From contig CM052832.1 of assembly GCA_028534125.1 (NCBI GenBank), positions 15,564,001-15,628,000 of the forward strand: a stretch of 64,000 nt of DNA, given 5' to 3'. This DNA is from Lama glama (taxonomy: Eukaryota). Below, piece after piece: positions 41,668 through 54,000 of the stretch. The first letter of the stretch is position 1. The number at the start of each line of letters is the position of its first letter. A model generated the notes under the pieces. The model was not told the origin of the DNA, searched no databases, and saw only the letters and a program-made list of their open reading frames with translations. Made by a program: the position numbers and the translations under genes.

Positions 41668-41798
41668 TCCTATCTTTAGTTCTCTGTGCCTTATTCCTTG
41701 TCAAGAAATGAATTTGGTTGGAAGGATTAGAAGTGCTTCTAGCCCCTCCGTTTACATCTCTCAGAATGACTCAGAGCTGCTAAGCTTGTTTGTTTATC

Positions 41799-41804
41799 TT
41801 TATT
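41799..41804 (-). terminator. PHF1: PHF1 polyadenylation signal AATAAA
   Basis: tttatt on the + strand about 330 nt past the PHF1 stop. Confidence 0.8.
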
Positions 41805-42130
41805 TCAATCATACAGAGCCCAGGACCCTTTATCATCCCCCTTCCTCAGTCTCCATCCCCAAGGGTTAAATAATTTTAAAAAATATTTAAAAAGCTGTAA
41901 CAAAATAACATCAAAGGAAATGGGAAGAGGGAGAGGGGAAGGGTCAGGAATCATGAAGGGAGTAGAGAAGAGAGAGCCTCTTCCCCAACCCCCTACCTGG
42001 ATTCCAGCCTGGGCAGTAGGGAGAAGTACCTCCTACTGCCCCAGGTACATCCCAGCTGTAGGTGAGGTCAGAGGTCAGGGTATGAAAGTGCCGGTGTGTG
42101 TGAATGGGAAAGTGGGCAGAGGCAGGCTGT

Positions 42131-45100
42131 TCAGAAGATGCCCCCACCTCCCCACTCAACCAGGTACTGCACAGAGCCATCAGGCCGTACTCTCCGAGCA
42201 AGGACCCGGACCGGGTCCCCTCGGGACAGGTAGCCAACCCCACCTCGGACTCCTCCCCCAGTCCCAGGAGACAAACTTCGGCACAGGGGAGAAGAGGGTG
42301 CTGAGCGTCTAGGGAGACCTGGGGAGGGGGCAGGGACTGAGGAAGATGAGGCAGTCATCGAGTGGGGGGCACTTTTAGGGATATCTGTGGGGAAACCAAT
42401 GTGAAGTTCCAGGGGTGACCTAGGGAGAGAAGGAAATTATGAGTCCAGCATAGATAAGGATTAACCAGAAATGGAGGCCATGTGTGGCTCAGAGGAACAA
42501 AAAAATGGTTAGAGACTGAGGAACTTAACACAGAGGTGAAGAGGAGTATCAGAGATAAAGGGGTGGAATCTCACCTGTCTGGGGGTTCACCATCCCCAGA
42601 GGTCCCTGCGGTGCTGGCAGAGGGGTGGAAGGAAGCGAACATCCGGATGGGACTGCTGGGGTTGGGGAGGGGAAAGTCAGGACCAGAAGCAGGGGAACAG
42701 GACCCTCTCCCCCTGAGAATGGTAGAGCTCAAACACTACCCTCAAGGAACCCCCATCCCCAGGATACTGGGAAGCAGACATTGGTTCTAGAAGTCTCTCT
42801 AGGACAAGAAGTGGGTAACCAAAGGGGAGAGGGAAAAGAATTCTGAGTGAGAAAGTCCAGAAGAAGATGTAGACAATTGGAAGAGAGGTTCCGAGGGAGC
42901 TTATCTGGTTGGAGGGTGGAGGAGCACTGACCTGGGCAGGCAGCGGGCATCTGTGGGCCGGAAGTTGTAGCCGCTGCTGCCCTGGTAACTCTGGTTAGGA
43001 CTGGAGGGTGGTGGAGACACTGAGGCCTAAAAGGAGCAAAGGACTGAGAGATAATCCTTGATTCCTTCCCACACCACCATTTGCCCCATGGGGTTCCCCT
43101 GCCCCTGTACCTGCAGTGCCCTCTGCAGACGAGCCCGCTCCCTCTGCTCCTGGGGCTCGGGCTGATTGCGCACTGCTGAGGGTGGCCCCAGCTCCTCCAT
43201 TTTCCCCTTCTGCCTCCTCCTCAGGGGCTCTGGCTCCGGCCTCCGGCGCTTCCCCAGGGGACGTGAGACCCCTCCCCCAGGGCCCTGCCCTGAAGGGAAG
43301 CTGTAAGAGGCCTCCTTATCCCCCCAGCCCCCTCCCGGACACCCCAAAGACCTCCCCATTTCCATACATAGACCCTGAGAACTTCCCCATCCCCCCTGGA
43401 CCAGTGACCTGGTGGGGGCTCCATCTCCAGTAGGGGGCTCCACAGGGGGAGGGATCCGAGCATGGAGACCAAACAAGCATTTCCTCTTCTTAATCTCCCT
43501 CCCTGAAATGAAACTGGGGTGAGGAGAGAAATGATACAGGGTCAGTGCTATAGAAAAGGGACCCTCTAATATACTGTTCCTCAGTCCTTTTCAGAGATGA
43601 TCTCCCAGGTGGGTGGCAGCCCCTCCCGTCCCAGGCTTCCATATCCACTTGTCCATCTCTGAGCCTCCCTCCAACTCACCGGTCCTTGTGGCTGTTGAGA
43701 GCAGAGAGGAGCTTGGAAGAACGTTCTCCCTTGGGAGTGTCTGAGAGCTGGGGAAGGAAAATGGGGTCAGGGGAGCAGTGATCCCTCCCTCCCCCTTTTC
43801 TTCACATCTCCCTGTTCCACCCGAACCCCCAGAGCTCCACTACCCCTTACCTCCCCAAGGAGCAAACTGTCCCAATTCTCAGAGGTGAAGGGGAGGATCT
43901 CACGGTCAAAGTCAAAGTATTTTTTCTTACAGCAAACACTGAGGTGATAGAGGACAAGATGCGCCACATCCACCCTGGAGAAATATTGGTTTGTCAAGGT
44001 TGTGGAAGCGTTTACAAAAGCCAGGGGGGTCCAGGGCAGGGAGCTGGGGTGCGTAAGGTGAAATCATGGGGGTGTTGAGAGAGGAGTTACGCTGAGGTAG
44101 TGCCTCATCCAGCTCACCAGCGAAGCTGCAGCCTCCGGACTTTCTCAGGGCCCCCCCGACACACACAGCATTCAAACTCATAGAACCTGGATGTGGGCAA
44201 GAGGGAGAGAACGCACCTTACCCAGGAAAACTACACTGTGCTGTGGAGGACTCCTGAGCAAGGGTGGGGCGAACAGGTAAGCAAAGCTTCAGATGTTGGG
44301 GAGAGAGTGGTTATGGGGTGGGAGGGAGAGCCCCCCTGACTCACCTGTCCCCGTAGAGGAGAGGCTTGCTCAGACACTGGGTGCAGGCCTCGTGGAACCA
44401 CTGCAGGCAGCTCCGGCACTGCAGCATTTTCAGGTTCCACCTGAGGGGAAGCACAGGACTCCTGAGCTCCAAACACCACCCCCCCAACTGCCCCAAACCC
44501 TGCTCACTACCTCCTCCCACCCCCTTCAGCACTCCCCTCACCCTGTTCTTTCTCCTTCATTCCCTAGGATCCACACCCTCATCTTTCATTCCTTAACCCC
44601 CACCCCTCATTACTCACTCCCCAGGGCCACCACAGTAACAGTAGCTCTGCTGCCGGTTGCTCAGATGTCCAGCGTCCCAGTCCAGCCCCTTTAGTCCATA
44701 TGGCAGAGAAAGCTTCATGCCCAGCATGGCCCGGGCATAGGGGCCCTTCTTCAGTGCACCTCCCCTCTGCAGAAATGGAGCAAGCAGACTGCTTCAGAGG
44801 GGTGGGGGGAGGAAGGGCTTGGGAGAGGCTGTGGGTGGGAGGCTCCCACAGGAAGGTGCCTTTACCTTGGTGGCGATGGCAAAGACACACTGGCGGCAGA
44901 CCCAGGATGTGCCCTCTCCCTCTCCAGGGGCTGGGGCCCTTGGAACGTGGCAGTCCTGGTGGTAAGCTGAATAATGATAGTATTGATGGTAGACCACTCA
45001 TTGCATTGCATACCTGTATGTGCTAGACACTGGGACAGAAGAGTCTTATCCATCTCATTTCATCCTTGACCACAGTCCTGCTAGGGTAAGTGTATTATGT

Positions 45101-45928
45101 TTATGCAACTGAAGCTCCTAGGGGGTTTAGGGCCTTGTCCAAGGTCATATGGTTAGAAAAGGGTGTATTTTAACTACTCTCTGCCCACAAAGCTCACACA
45201 TCTCGATCCCATGACTACCTCTCCCTGTGCTGGAAAGGAGTGAGGTTACAGGGTTGGGGAGACTAGTCAGAGCAGTGGCTTGGGGACTCAGGCCAGGACA
45301 GGTGGTGTAAGGACAGTGTTGTAGGGAAGGGTCAGAGGCATCCTGGAAGGCCCAGGGCAAGCTGGACCATTCAGGTGTCCTGCCCTCTCACCATGGCGAC
45401 ACTTCTCACAGCTGACTAGCCGGTTCCCAGGGACCACAGTCTCAGAGCGACAGACACAGCAGAGGAGTTCCTCCCCCGGGAGGGCAGCTATGAGGGAACA
45501 CAGTGTCAGGGGCCTGTTCTTAAGCCCTCTTCGGTCCCACATGCCCAATTTCTGTTTTCCATGGGATGCACACTCTCAGGCCTCTAGGGTCTCACCAGGG
45601 CTGATGTCTTTCCATAGAACCAGAAACTGGGAATCATCCTCAAACTGGACCAGACACACCTCCCGAGCACTGTCCACCTGGAATGGGTGAGCACAGAAGG
45701 TCAAATGGGAGTCAGAACTAGATAAGGGGAATGGAGAAAAGGTGACAGGTCAGAGGTCAAATGTCCTACCTTTTTGACGGTCCCCAAGTATAGCAGCCCA
45801 TCTGTCCACCTGGCCAGCACATCTTGACCCTCCCATAGTCGAGGCCTGGGGCCTGAGGTGGGAGCAGGGGAAGCTGGGTCCCAAAGTTGGGGGGCACCAG
45901 AGCGGCTCAGCCGAGGGGGCTGTGCCAT
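42131..45928 (-). CDS. PHF1: PHD finger protein 1 (Polycomb-like 1; Tudor, 2 PHD, extended homology and chromo-like domains), 567 aa
   Basis: Exons 45770-45928, 45596-45677, 45392-45487, 44866-44966, 44618-44766, 44345-44440, 44118-44186, 43851-43974, 43680-43747, 43409-43513, 43111-43300, 42932-43026, 42575-42655, 42131-42419 (1704 nt). Tudor motif [16 protein letters not shown]. Ends [16 protein letters not shown]. Confidence 0.97.
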
Positions 45929-46479
45929 TGCATCCTGGGGGGGGCCTAGCCAGAAGTAGGATGGGAGGAGAAGGTTATGGATGCTGAGGAACCATCCCCA
46001 TTTTCTTCACCTATTTTTCCATCAAGGACTCTAGCAGGTGTGCTCCTAGTCTCCATATCCCTGAGACACCTGGATAGGAAACCACTGGGCACCCCTTCCA
46101 AGCTTCTTGACTCCAGCTCTTCCAACTGAGTCGCCACTGGCTCTCCTCTCCCTAACCACCGCCCCCCACCCTAGTTCTATAGTTTCCCAGCTTCCAGAGC
46201 TCCCCTGGGATGTTATATTCTGGCCTTGAGATTTTAGCAGAGACGGTGGTTGCAGAAGCAAAGGTTACCGTCAGTTTCTACTGTCACCTTCTACTGCTGT
46301 TTAGAGGTGTAACAGAGGTGCTGTTTCCCAGAGATGTGCTTTGGGAGCTTTTCTGGAGATGGTTTTCAGAGTGGAAACAGCTGCCTCCCGAGCCCGCGTG
46401 TCTCATTCAGAACAATCATCCTAGTGCCAGGTTATGTCAGGTCACCCTCAAATTCGGGGCTCCCTGCCCCCGGGTTAGA

Positions 46480-47700
46480 TAACTTCCCTGAGTGCCCCGG
46501 GAGGGGGGCGTGTCCCAGTCCCAGTCTCTACTCCCCATGACGGCGAGTCTGAGAGGGGACTTGAGTCGGCCCAGCCCGACTCAATGCCAGGGCGGCGCGG
46601 CTCTCCCGCTCGCGCCCTGCGCGCCGACCCCCGGCTCCCTGCCCCCCCACGGGCGCCTCCCGCCGCCTCCTTACCAGTGACAGCTGGGGCCGCCGAGAGC
46701 CGGGCAGAGGCAGACGTGGGAGACCGAGGCGAACCCCCCGCGCGGGGAGGGCACGTCTAGGCGTCGGGGGGCGTGCAGGCAGAAACCGGGGGGTCCCCAG
46801 GCCCAGCCCCTCCGTCCCGGCGGCTCTGGGGCGTATGACGCAGCAGCCAAAGCAGCGGCAGCGGCAGGAGGAGGCGGCGGGGGGAAGGAGGGGAGGGGAG
46901 GGGAGGGACAAACCGGCTCGGGGGGGAGGGTGGTGGGAGGGGAGGACTGGGGGAAGGAGGAGCCGGGGGGGCGGGCACCACCTCACCCCACCTCCCTCAC
47001 CTCCAGCAGGCCTGGAGGGCGCGGGGCTAGCGGCGGCGACCTCTCCGCGGCCGGTGCGGGCGGACAGTCGGACCTGGCGGGAGAGGGAATCCCCGCAGCC
47101 CCTGCCTCCAAAGGGAGACCTGTCCTCGGGGCAGGAGGGAATCCCCCTCCCAGCAGCCGGCCTCCGGACTGGCCCCCGCCCCAAGCCACATCCGTTAACT
47201 GCCCCCCCAATCTTCATGGTCACTCCAAGTCCCGCCCCCCAGCCCCAGTTCACGACCCCGCCCTCCATTCACCCTTCCCATTGCCCCCGCCACGCCCTCC
47301 TCCCTCAAGTGCCCCGCCCTCCCGCCTTTGCCCCCCCCGGCCCCGCCCTCTCCGTGGTTAGTTGTTCCCCCTTCACTGCCGCCGCGCTTCTGCGCACGCG
47401 TGACCCCTCCCGCGCGCGGCACCTGGGAGGACTGAGCCTCTCCTTTATGGGGCGGTGGCTCTCCCCGGTTGGCGCGAGTCGGCGGGCGTACGTCCCGCCC
47501 CGCACTTCCAAGGCGGGTGCATGGATCAGGAGGGCTCGTACCGAGGCGGTGACGCCGCCTAGAGCCAGCCAATGGGCGGCGGGCGGGGCCAGCCCTGGCA
47601 GTTCGAACGCGAAGGCAGGGAAAGAGCGGGAGGAAAGAGCCAGCAGTTTGTGGGCGGGCGCGCCGGTCCCGCCCCGGGCTCGGGTTTCCACCTTCCCACA
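46480..47700. promoter_or_regulatory. PHF1: PHF1 CpG-island promoter and non-coding first exon(s)
   Basis: CpG-rich, many GC boxes, CCAAT near 47569, and a minus-strand donor CTG|GTAAGG at 46675/46674. Confidence 0.8.
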
Positions 47701-47930
47701 CTCACCGAAGGAGTTCCTGCCTGGTGCTGGAGTGGCCTGTGGCAAAGGGGAAACAACTAGTACTGTGGATACCCAGTGGGAACAACTCGACTCCAGGGAT
47801 GGCCAGTTAGGGAGAAAGCCGAAGCTCTGGCCCCGCGAAACACAAATGTTTGGCAGAATGGATGATCGACAGTTCCCATCTTTACAGATATTAAAAGTAT
47901 TTCCCTTACTGAGCAACCGCTAATAAAACC

Positions 47931-47969
47931 TTTATTTAAAAAAATGACCAAAAAAAACTCTTCTTTATT
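47931..47969 (-). terminator. KIFC1: KIFC1 polyadenylation signals (two AATAAA)
   Basis: tttatt at 47931-47936 and 47964-47969, 100-135 nt after the stop. Confidence 0.8.
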
Positions 47970-48067
47970 TAATAGGCCCAGATACCACAGCACCCCCCAA
48001 TAAAGAACCCCCCACCAGCCCCCCTTCCTCGCGCCCACACACACACACACAGGATCTAGCTCCGTCT

Positions 48068-51000
48068 TCATTTCCTGTTGGCCTGGGCAGTACCAATAAC
48101 ACACTGGTTCACCTGCAGACAGGGAGTTTAGATAGACAGGATTAAAAGGTTTTCGGAGTAACCAAAACAGTTTTCCCAGAATCACTTCCCAACTCCCAAT
48201 AACAGGGCTGCCCTCAGACAATCCTGAAAAAGGGGCTCTGAAAGCAGGTTCTGTCTGGTCTCAGGTCTCCCATGCCCAGGAGGCACACTAGGTCTGGAAG
48301 AGGGGAAAAAGCCTGAGAAGGGATGGAGCAGAAGAAGAGCTTCCGTTTCTAGCAGTACAGTTAACTAGAGACTCCAAAGCCCTCCCACCACTAATGGTTT
48401 TAATAAGCTAGATGAAAGAAGTAACACTCATTTAGGAACCAAGGCTCTTTGGAGGATTAATAATTCCAAGTCTAAGGCAGGAAATGTATAAGATGGATCT
48501 GAAGTAAAGACTACTGGGGACCTGTCCTTTGACACAGGAGCCAAGCTGGAGCTTCCACTGGCCAAAGATGGGCAATTTGAGTATCAGAAAGAATAATGAC
48601 TGCACAGGTTATATACCAAAAATACAGTTATCTGTTACCTCCCAGATAAAACCTCACTGTTTACCTTTGGAAGTTGCCAGGATATCAATTTATAATACTG
48701 AAAACTGACAAAGAATCTAGCATTTACCCTATCTTACCTATATGAACTGAATTTCAGAATAACCAAATAGATGGCAATGGAAGTTCTTTATAGAAGAATC
48801 ATAACTAATAAGTGTAGAACAACTGAGAAAACCAGAAAACCATCATTTAAAAACTCCCCAGTAATAGTGGGGAGGGTATAGCTCAAGTAGTAGAGCACAT
48901 GCTTAGCATACACAAGGCCCTGGGCTCACTCCCCAGTATCTCCTTTAAAAATAAATAAGTAAACCTAATTACCTTCCCCTCTCCTCACCCAAACAGAGTA
49001 AATTTCCCCAATAATCGATCTAGATATCATTGTCTGATAAAATCACTAGGAGAAAAAGTTGATAGTTTTTAAATAGATAGATCAGGCTGGCAATACCCAA
49101 ATCTGATGATCAATTTTCACATCATTAATGGAACAACTAGATATAAGGTGCCTCCTGATATGATGCAATAGAAAGTATATCACACCGTCTAAGTTTTCTT
49201 GCCAAAGAAATTTGAACCCAATTCAAATCAAACGTCTAAATCTAACTACCAGATAACAAGAACTGTGGAGGAAAGAGGAAGCAACCAGCCCAAATCTAGA
49301 ATATGGTATGTGCTATAGGACAAATGACCCTACTGCAACAAATAAATACTATAAAAGGGGGTGAGGTTATTATAGATTAAAAGAAACTTAAGAGACAATT
49401 TCAGCCAAGTGGAATAAGTGGCCCTTGCTTTGATCCTGATTGGAACAAACCTAATGTATAAAAGACATTTCTAAGGCGACTAGGAAATTTAACATAAACT
49501 GGGTATCAGAGGACATGAAAAAGTTCATGTTGTTGAGTGTTAATGATGTTGATAGAATTTTAATTGAAATTTAATTGAACTTACAAGATAGCAAGGGAAA
49601 TTCTGACTAAAGTAGACCAGGGCAGGGTGCTAAGGTGGCTGACAACTTCCATGGTGGCAAGGGTGCAGCAGAAGGGCATGCCTGATCAGAGACCCTGAAT
49701 AAAGCCAGAACCCACCGTAGGGATAATGAAAAATGGGAGAAAAAAATCACCCTCCAGAGGCAGACAGTAAAGAAACTTCCTGACTTAACTCTGGTGGAGG
49801 GAGCTTGAGTCTCCTAGAGAATTAAAGGCCATGGACACAGTTGACCCTTGTGGGGACTGGAGCCTGAATTCACACTATTTGGAGTAGTCTGAAAAACCTG
49901 TCTTTGATTCAGGAATCCCATTTAAGAATCTCTCCCTAGACAGTTAGATATAACTAAAAAAAAAAAAAAATTAAAAATGACATATGTACAGGGTTGGTCA
50001 ACATGGCCTTGTTTGTAATAGAAAAAGGGTAGAAACAATCCAAGTGTCCAGTAGAGGGAACTGGTGGATAAACTTTGGTGCATCCACTCAGTGGAGTCCC
50101 AGCCAGATGTAAAAATAATGGGATGATCTCTGTGTGCTGGTGGCAAGCAATCCTGGGGCTGTCTTGTTAATCAAAAAAAAAAAAAAAAAGGAAAAAAAAA
50201 GGTGTAGGACAACATATATATGAAAGAGAGAGGGAGAGAGGTGTCTTATATAAGGAGGGAAAAGCACATGCATATTGCTTGTATTTGCAAAAAGAAACAC
50301 TGGAAGGATAAGCAGAATGATAAATGATAAAAATGACTACCTCTACTAGGGCAGGTGGGGAGAATGGGGTAGATCAGGAGCTGTGGTAAAACTTCATTTG
50401 TTGGGGGTGGGGGAGGGTATAGCTCAGTGGTAGAAGGCGTGCTTAGCATGCATAACATCTTGGGTTCAATCCCCAGTATCTTGATTTAAAAATAAATAAA
50501 TAAATAAACTTAATTTCCTCCCCCCTTAAAAAAATTTAAAAAAAAAACCCTCATTTGTTGTGTTTAGCTTTCTATATAGTTTTAACTTTTCAACTACCTA
50601 TTTTTAAATACTTATTTTAAAATACCCAAAAGCCAATAGTTAAAAAAAAAAAAAAAGATCCAAGTAGGTAGTGCTCCAGATGCCTGGCAAATGTAAATCC
50701 TTTCTGGATGAATGTCCCCCCTGGCCTGAAGGACAGAGAGTCAGGATGGAGAAGCCTACAACCACCAGGAGGCCTGACAAGGCTGGGATTGGTAGTGACT
50801 GCACCTTGGAGGCAAAGCGTAGGGAGTTGAGGGACTCGGAGACGTTCTCTTCTAGGGGAGAAATGTTCACAAACATGAGCCTGTGGAGAGAGAGAGGGGC
50901 CAGGCCCCGGTATCAGTGACCGGGCAGAGCTGGGACCAGGTCTCCACTGTTTCCCCTTTCCCACCTTTAACCGTAGTTCCCACCTGACCCCTTCCACTCA

Positions 51001-54000
51001 CATCTTTGCGCTGCCACCCAGAGAGTTCTGCAACAGGTAGGTAAGCTTGCTGTTCCGGTAAGGCACGTGGGACTCCTAGAGGGTTGGGGGGACAGGTGAT
51101 TACGACAGGGCAGGATTCAGCATGGCCAGCCCCAACCTCTCCCCAGGTTCCATCTGTCCCCACCCCATTCCTACCTTGTTGCTCAAGGCCATGATGACCA
51201 GCCCCAGGGTGGACAGGCTGCTGTTAATGGCCTGTGTTTCCCGAAGGCGCTCCCGCTCCCCAGGACCGAGGGCTAAGCCGGGGTCTAGCCGCTCGCTCCC
51301 AGCCAGGTCCACAAGACTGAGGGGTGCACCACACTGCAGGCCTCGTCCAGTGTGTTCCCCAGAGATCTGCAGCTGGAACACACTGTGACTGCGTGATGAC
51401 CGCTCGTTCTGGGCTGTGCGGGCTACAGCCCGGTTTTGGCGGGCCAGATGGAGCAGGGCCTCCACCTGGGGTTGGGGAGCAGCAAGAGCAAAGGCGGGCA
51501 GGAAGTCAGTACATAGCGATGTGATACAAGGTATGCAATGGATAAGACTCAGCACCTGCCCTCTTGGAGCTTCCTTTCTAGCCAGTGAAAGACAAAATAA
51601 ATAAGTAAAATGCATAATATGTCTAAGAGAATTAAGGAGGAAAATAAAACAGAAAAATAAGAGTGTGTGAGGGTGGGGTAAGGGTTGTAATTTCAGATAG
51701 GATGGCCAGAGATGGCCTCAGTGCCTTAAAATCTTAAGGCAGCGAGGGAGCAAGCCATTCCAGGAGAAGAACATTCAGGCAAAAGAGATAGCAAGTGCAA
51801 AGGCCCTGACCCGAGAGTGTGACTAGTGAGCTGAGGAACAGGCAGGAGGCTAGCATGGCTGAGGAGCAGTAAGGAGAGTGGTGGGAAGTGAGACCTGAGA
51901 TCAACAGGCAGGAGGCTAGTGGCATCCGCTTCAGCAGAAGCATCACTTCTCTCCTTGGTTCCTTGGTCCTATTAAGGCAGGTGCACCTCACCGGCCACCA
52001 GCCCAAACTGAACGTAGCACCTCATCCTTCAACTCTCTCCTGCTCCCTTCTCTGTCCACCTCCATCTTGTGTCACCCTGCCCACGTCTCCTCATTTTCCA
52101 GGCCTAGTGCCCCTCAGTGCTTACCTCTTTCTCACAGGAGACAGGAACATATCGGGCGTTGGTGACAGTGAGCTCCTCACTCCCCGGCCCTGCCCGGCGA
52201 ATCTCGCACTCACCCACCTGGCCCTTCCGGGTCCCGGTGGCCAGCAGGTCTCGAACAGTCTCATTGTAGATCTCTACGTAACTTGCCACAAAGCTGTAGG
52301 TCCAGCCCTGGCCACTCAGCTCCTGGGCCACAGAGAAGAGATGCCGCAGGGCCCGAGGGATGAGCCCCTCCATCTGGGTGTCTCCCCCAGGCCCACCCTC
52401 CATGGTGAAGGTCTTGCCACTGCCTGTCTGGCCATAGGCAAAGATGCATACTGGGTAGCCATCCAGGGCTGACTGGACCAGCATGGAAATCTCCTCAAAC
52501 ACTTCGTCCTGTCCACTCCCTGGTGGGAATACCCGGTCAAAAGAGAAGTCATGGCGGGTGATGGGGGCTGGCGCCCCACTCAGGGTCCCACGCCGCTCGT
52601 CAGACCGGAAGAGGCTGAGTCGCGTTGGAGGATCAGATGGCCCACCAGGGCCAGGAGGAAACAGGAGGAAGCCAGGGGGTGGGGTGGACTCCCCTGGAAG
52701 GACAGGGCGGACCCGGCAGAATACACGGATGTTGCCTTTGAGCTCCTGTAGTTGGTTGTGTAGCCGTCGGCGCTCCATCTCTAGCCCATGGAGACGTTCG
52801 TCCCGCTCAGCCAGTAAGGCCTCCTGGGCTGCAGTCTTCTGCTGCAGAGATGCCACCTCCGCTTGGCTGCCCGACAGAGCTGCCTCTGATGCCTGCAGCC
52901 TCCTCTGCCCAGAACAGAACAGGTGCAGAGGGTGAGATGCAATCAAGAATAAGAACAAGTCATGATGGGATAGGGGTGGGAATCAGGCTGGTCCCTGCCC
53001 CCAAGGACTTCACAATCTGATAAAGGAGGACACAAAAAAATCAGAATGATGGTACTAGAAGAGGAATGCTATGGGAATATCCAGAAGGGGCACGAGGAAT
53101 ATGATACCTAGGCTGACAACTGAAAGTACGGGAGTGACACACCAAGGGAAGGATGGAGCAGAGCAAGAATATCCCACAAAGAAGGAAGCGCATCTGCAAA
53201 ATGCTGCATGGAGAACTGAGTCATTTGAGAGACTGCAAGTAACTCAATCTAGTTGGTGCTCACCAAGGAGTCAAGTGGGTGAGAAGAGGGAGAGAGAATG
53301 CATGAGGATTTCTGATCAGGAAAGACAGAAAGAAAGAGAGGGTGATGGAGAAACAGAGGAGACATAGATCCAGGGGGAGCAATGAAAACAGCCAGGACAG
53401 GGTGAAGTGGGACAGAAAGCACGACAGTCAGGAGAGGGCTGGGGTGCAGAAGGGTAGAGGACAGCCGTGTAATGCTGGAGAGACATGGTCAGAGGTTCTG
53501 AGCCCAAAGTGACTTCAGGGTAACCTAGAAAGAAGGGTCAGCGTTAGGTGAAAATCTGGCCCTTACCTCCTGCTCTTCCAGCCGGGCAGCCAGGCCTCTT
53601 CGCTCCTCCTGCAATCCCAACTGTTCTTTCTGGAGCTCCTGCACTAGGCCCTCCTGCGTGCCTAGCCGCTCTTCCAGCTCTAGGACACGGGCACTCAGGT
53701 TCCCCAGCTCCTGCTGGCCCTGCTCGGCCTGAGTCCGGACCCTAGCCAACTCCTCTTCCAGCGTCCTCCGCTCTGCCCCCAGGGCCGTGGCCTGTTGCTG
53801 GGCCTCCCTGAGCTGGTCTCGCAGCTGTTGGTTCTCCTGGGCCAGCATCTGAGTCCTCTCACGGCAGCACTTCAGCTCTGCGTTTAGGTCACATAACTGA
53901 CCCTTTAAGTCCCAGGCTGGACGTTTGCCGGGCTTCTTCCCTCCCACCATTGGAGGAGCAGCTGCTGCTAAGATGGGCAGAAGAGACAAAGGTCAGGAAG

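Noticed and set aside
46835..47923. 362-aa + strand ORF over the PHF1 promoter
   Set aside because: GC-rich low-complexity translation with no domain. Best explained by base composition.
48869..48945. tRNA-like sequences (also near 2390, 50410 and 58440)
   Set aside because: A-rich tails, target-site duplications and mutual divergence identify them as SINEs, not tRNA genes.
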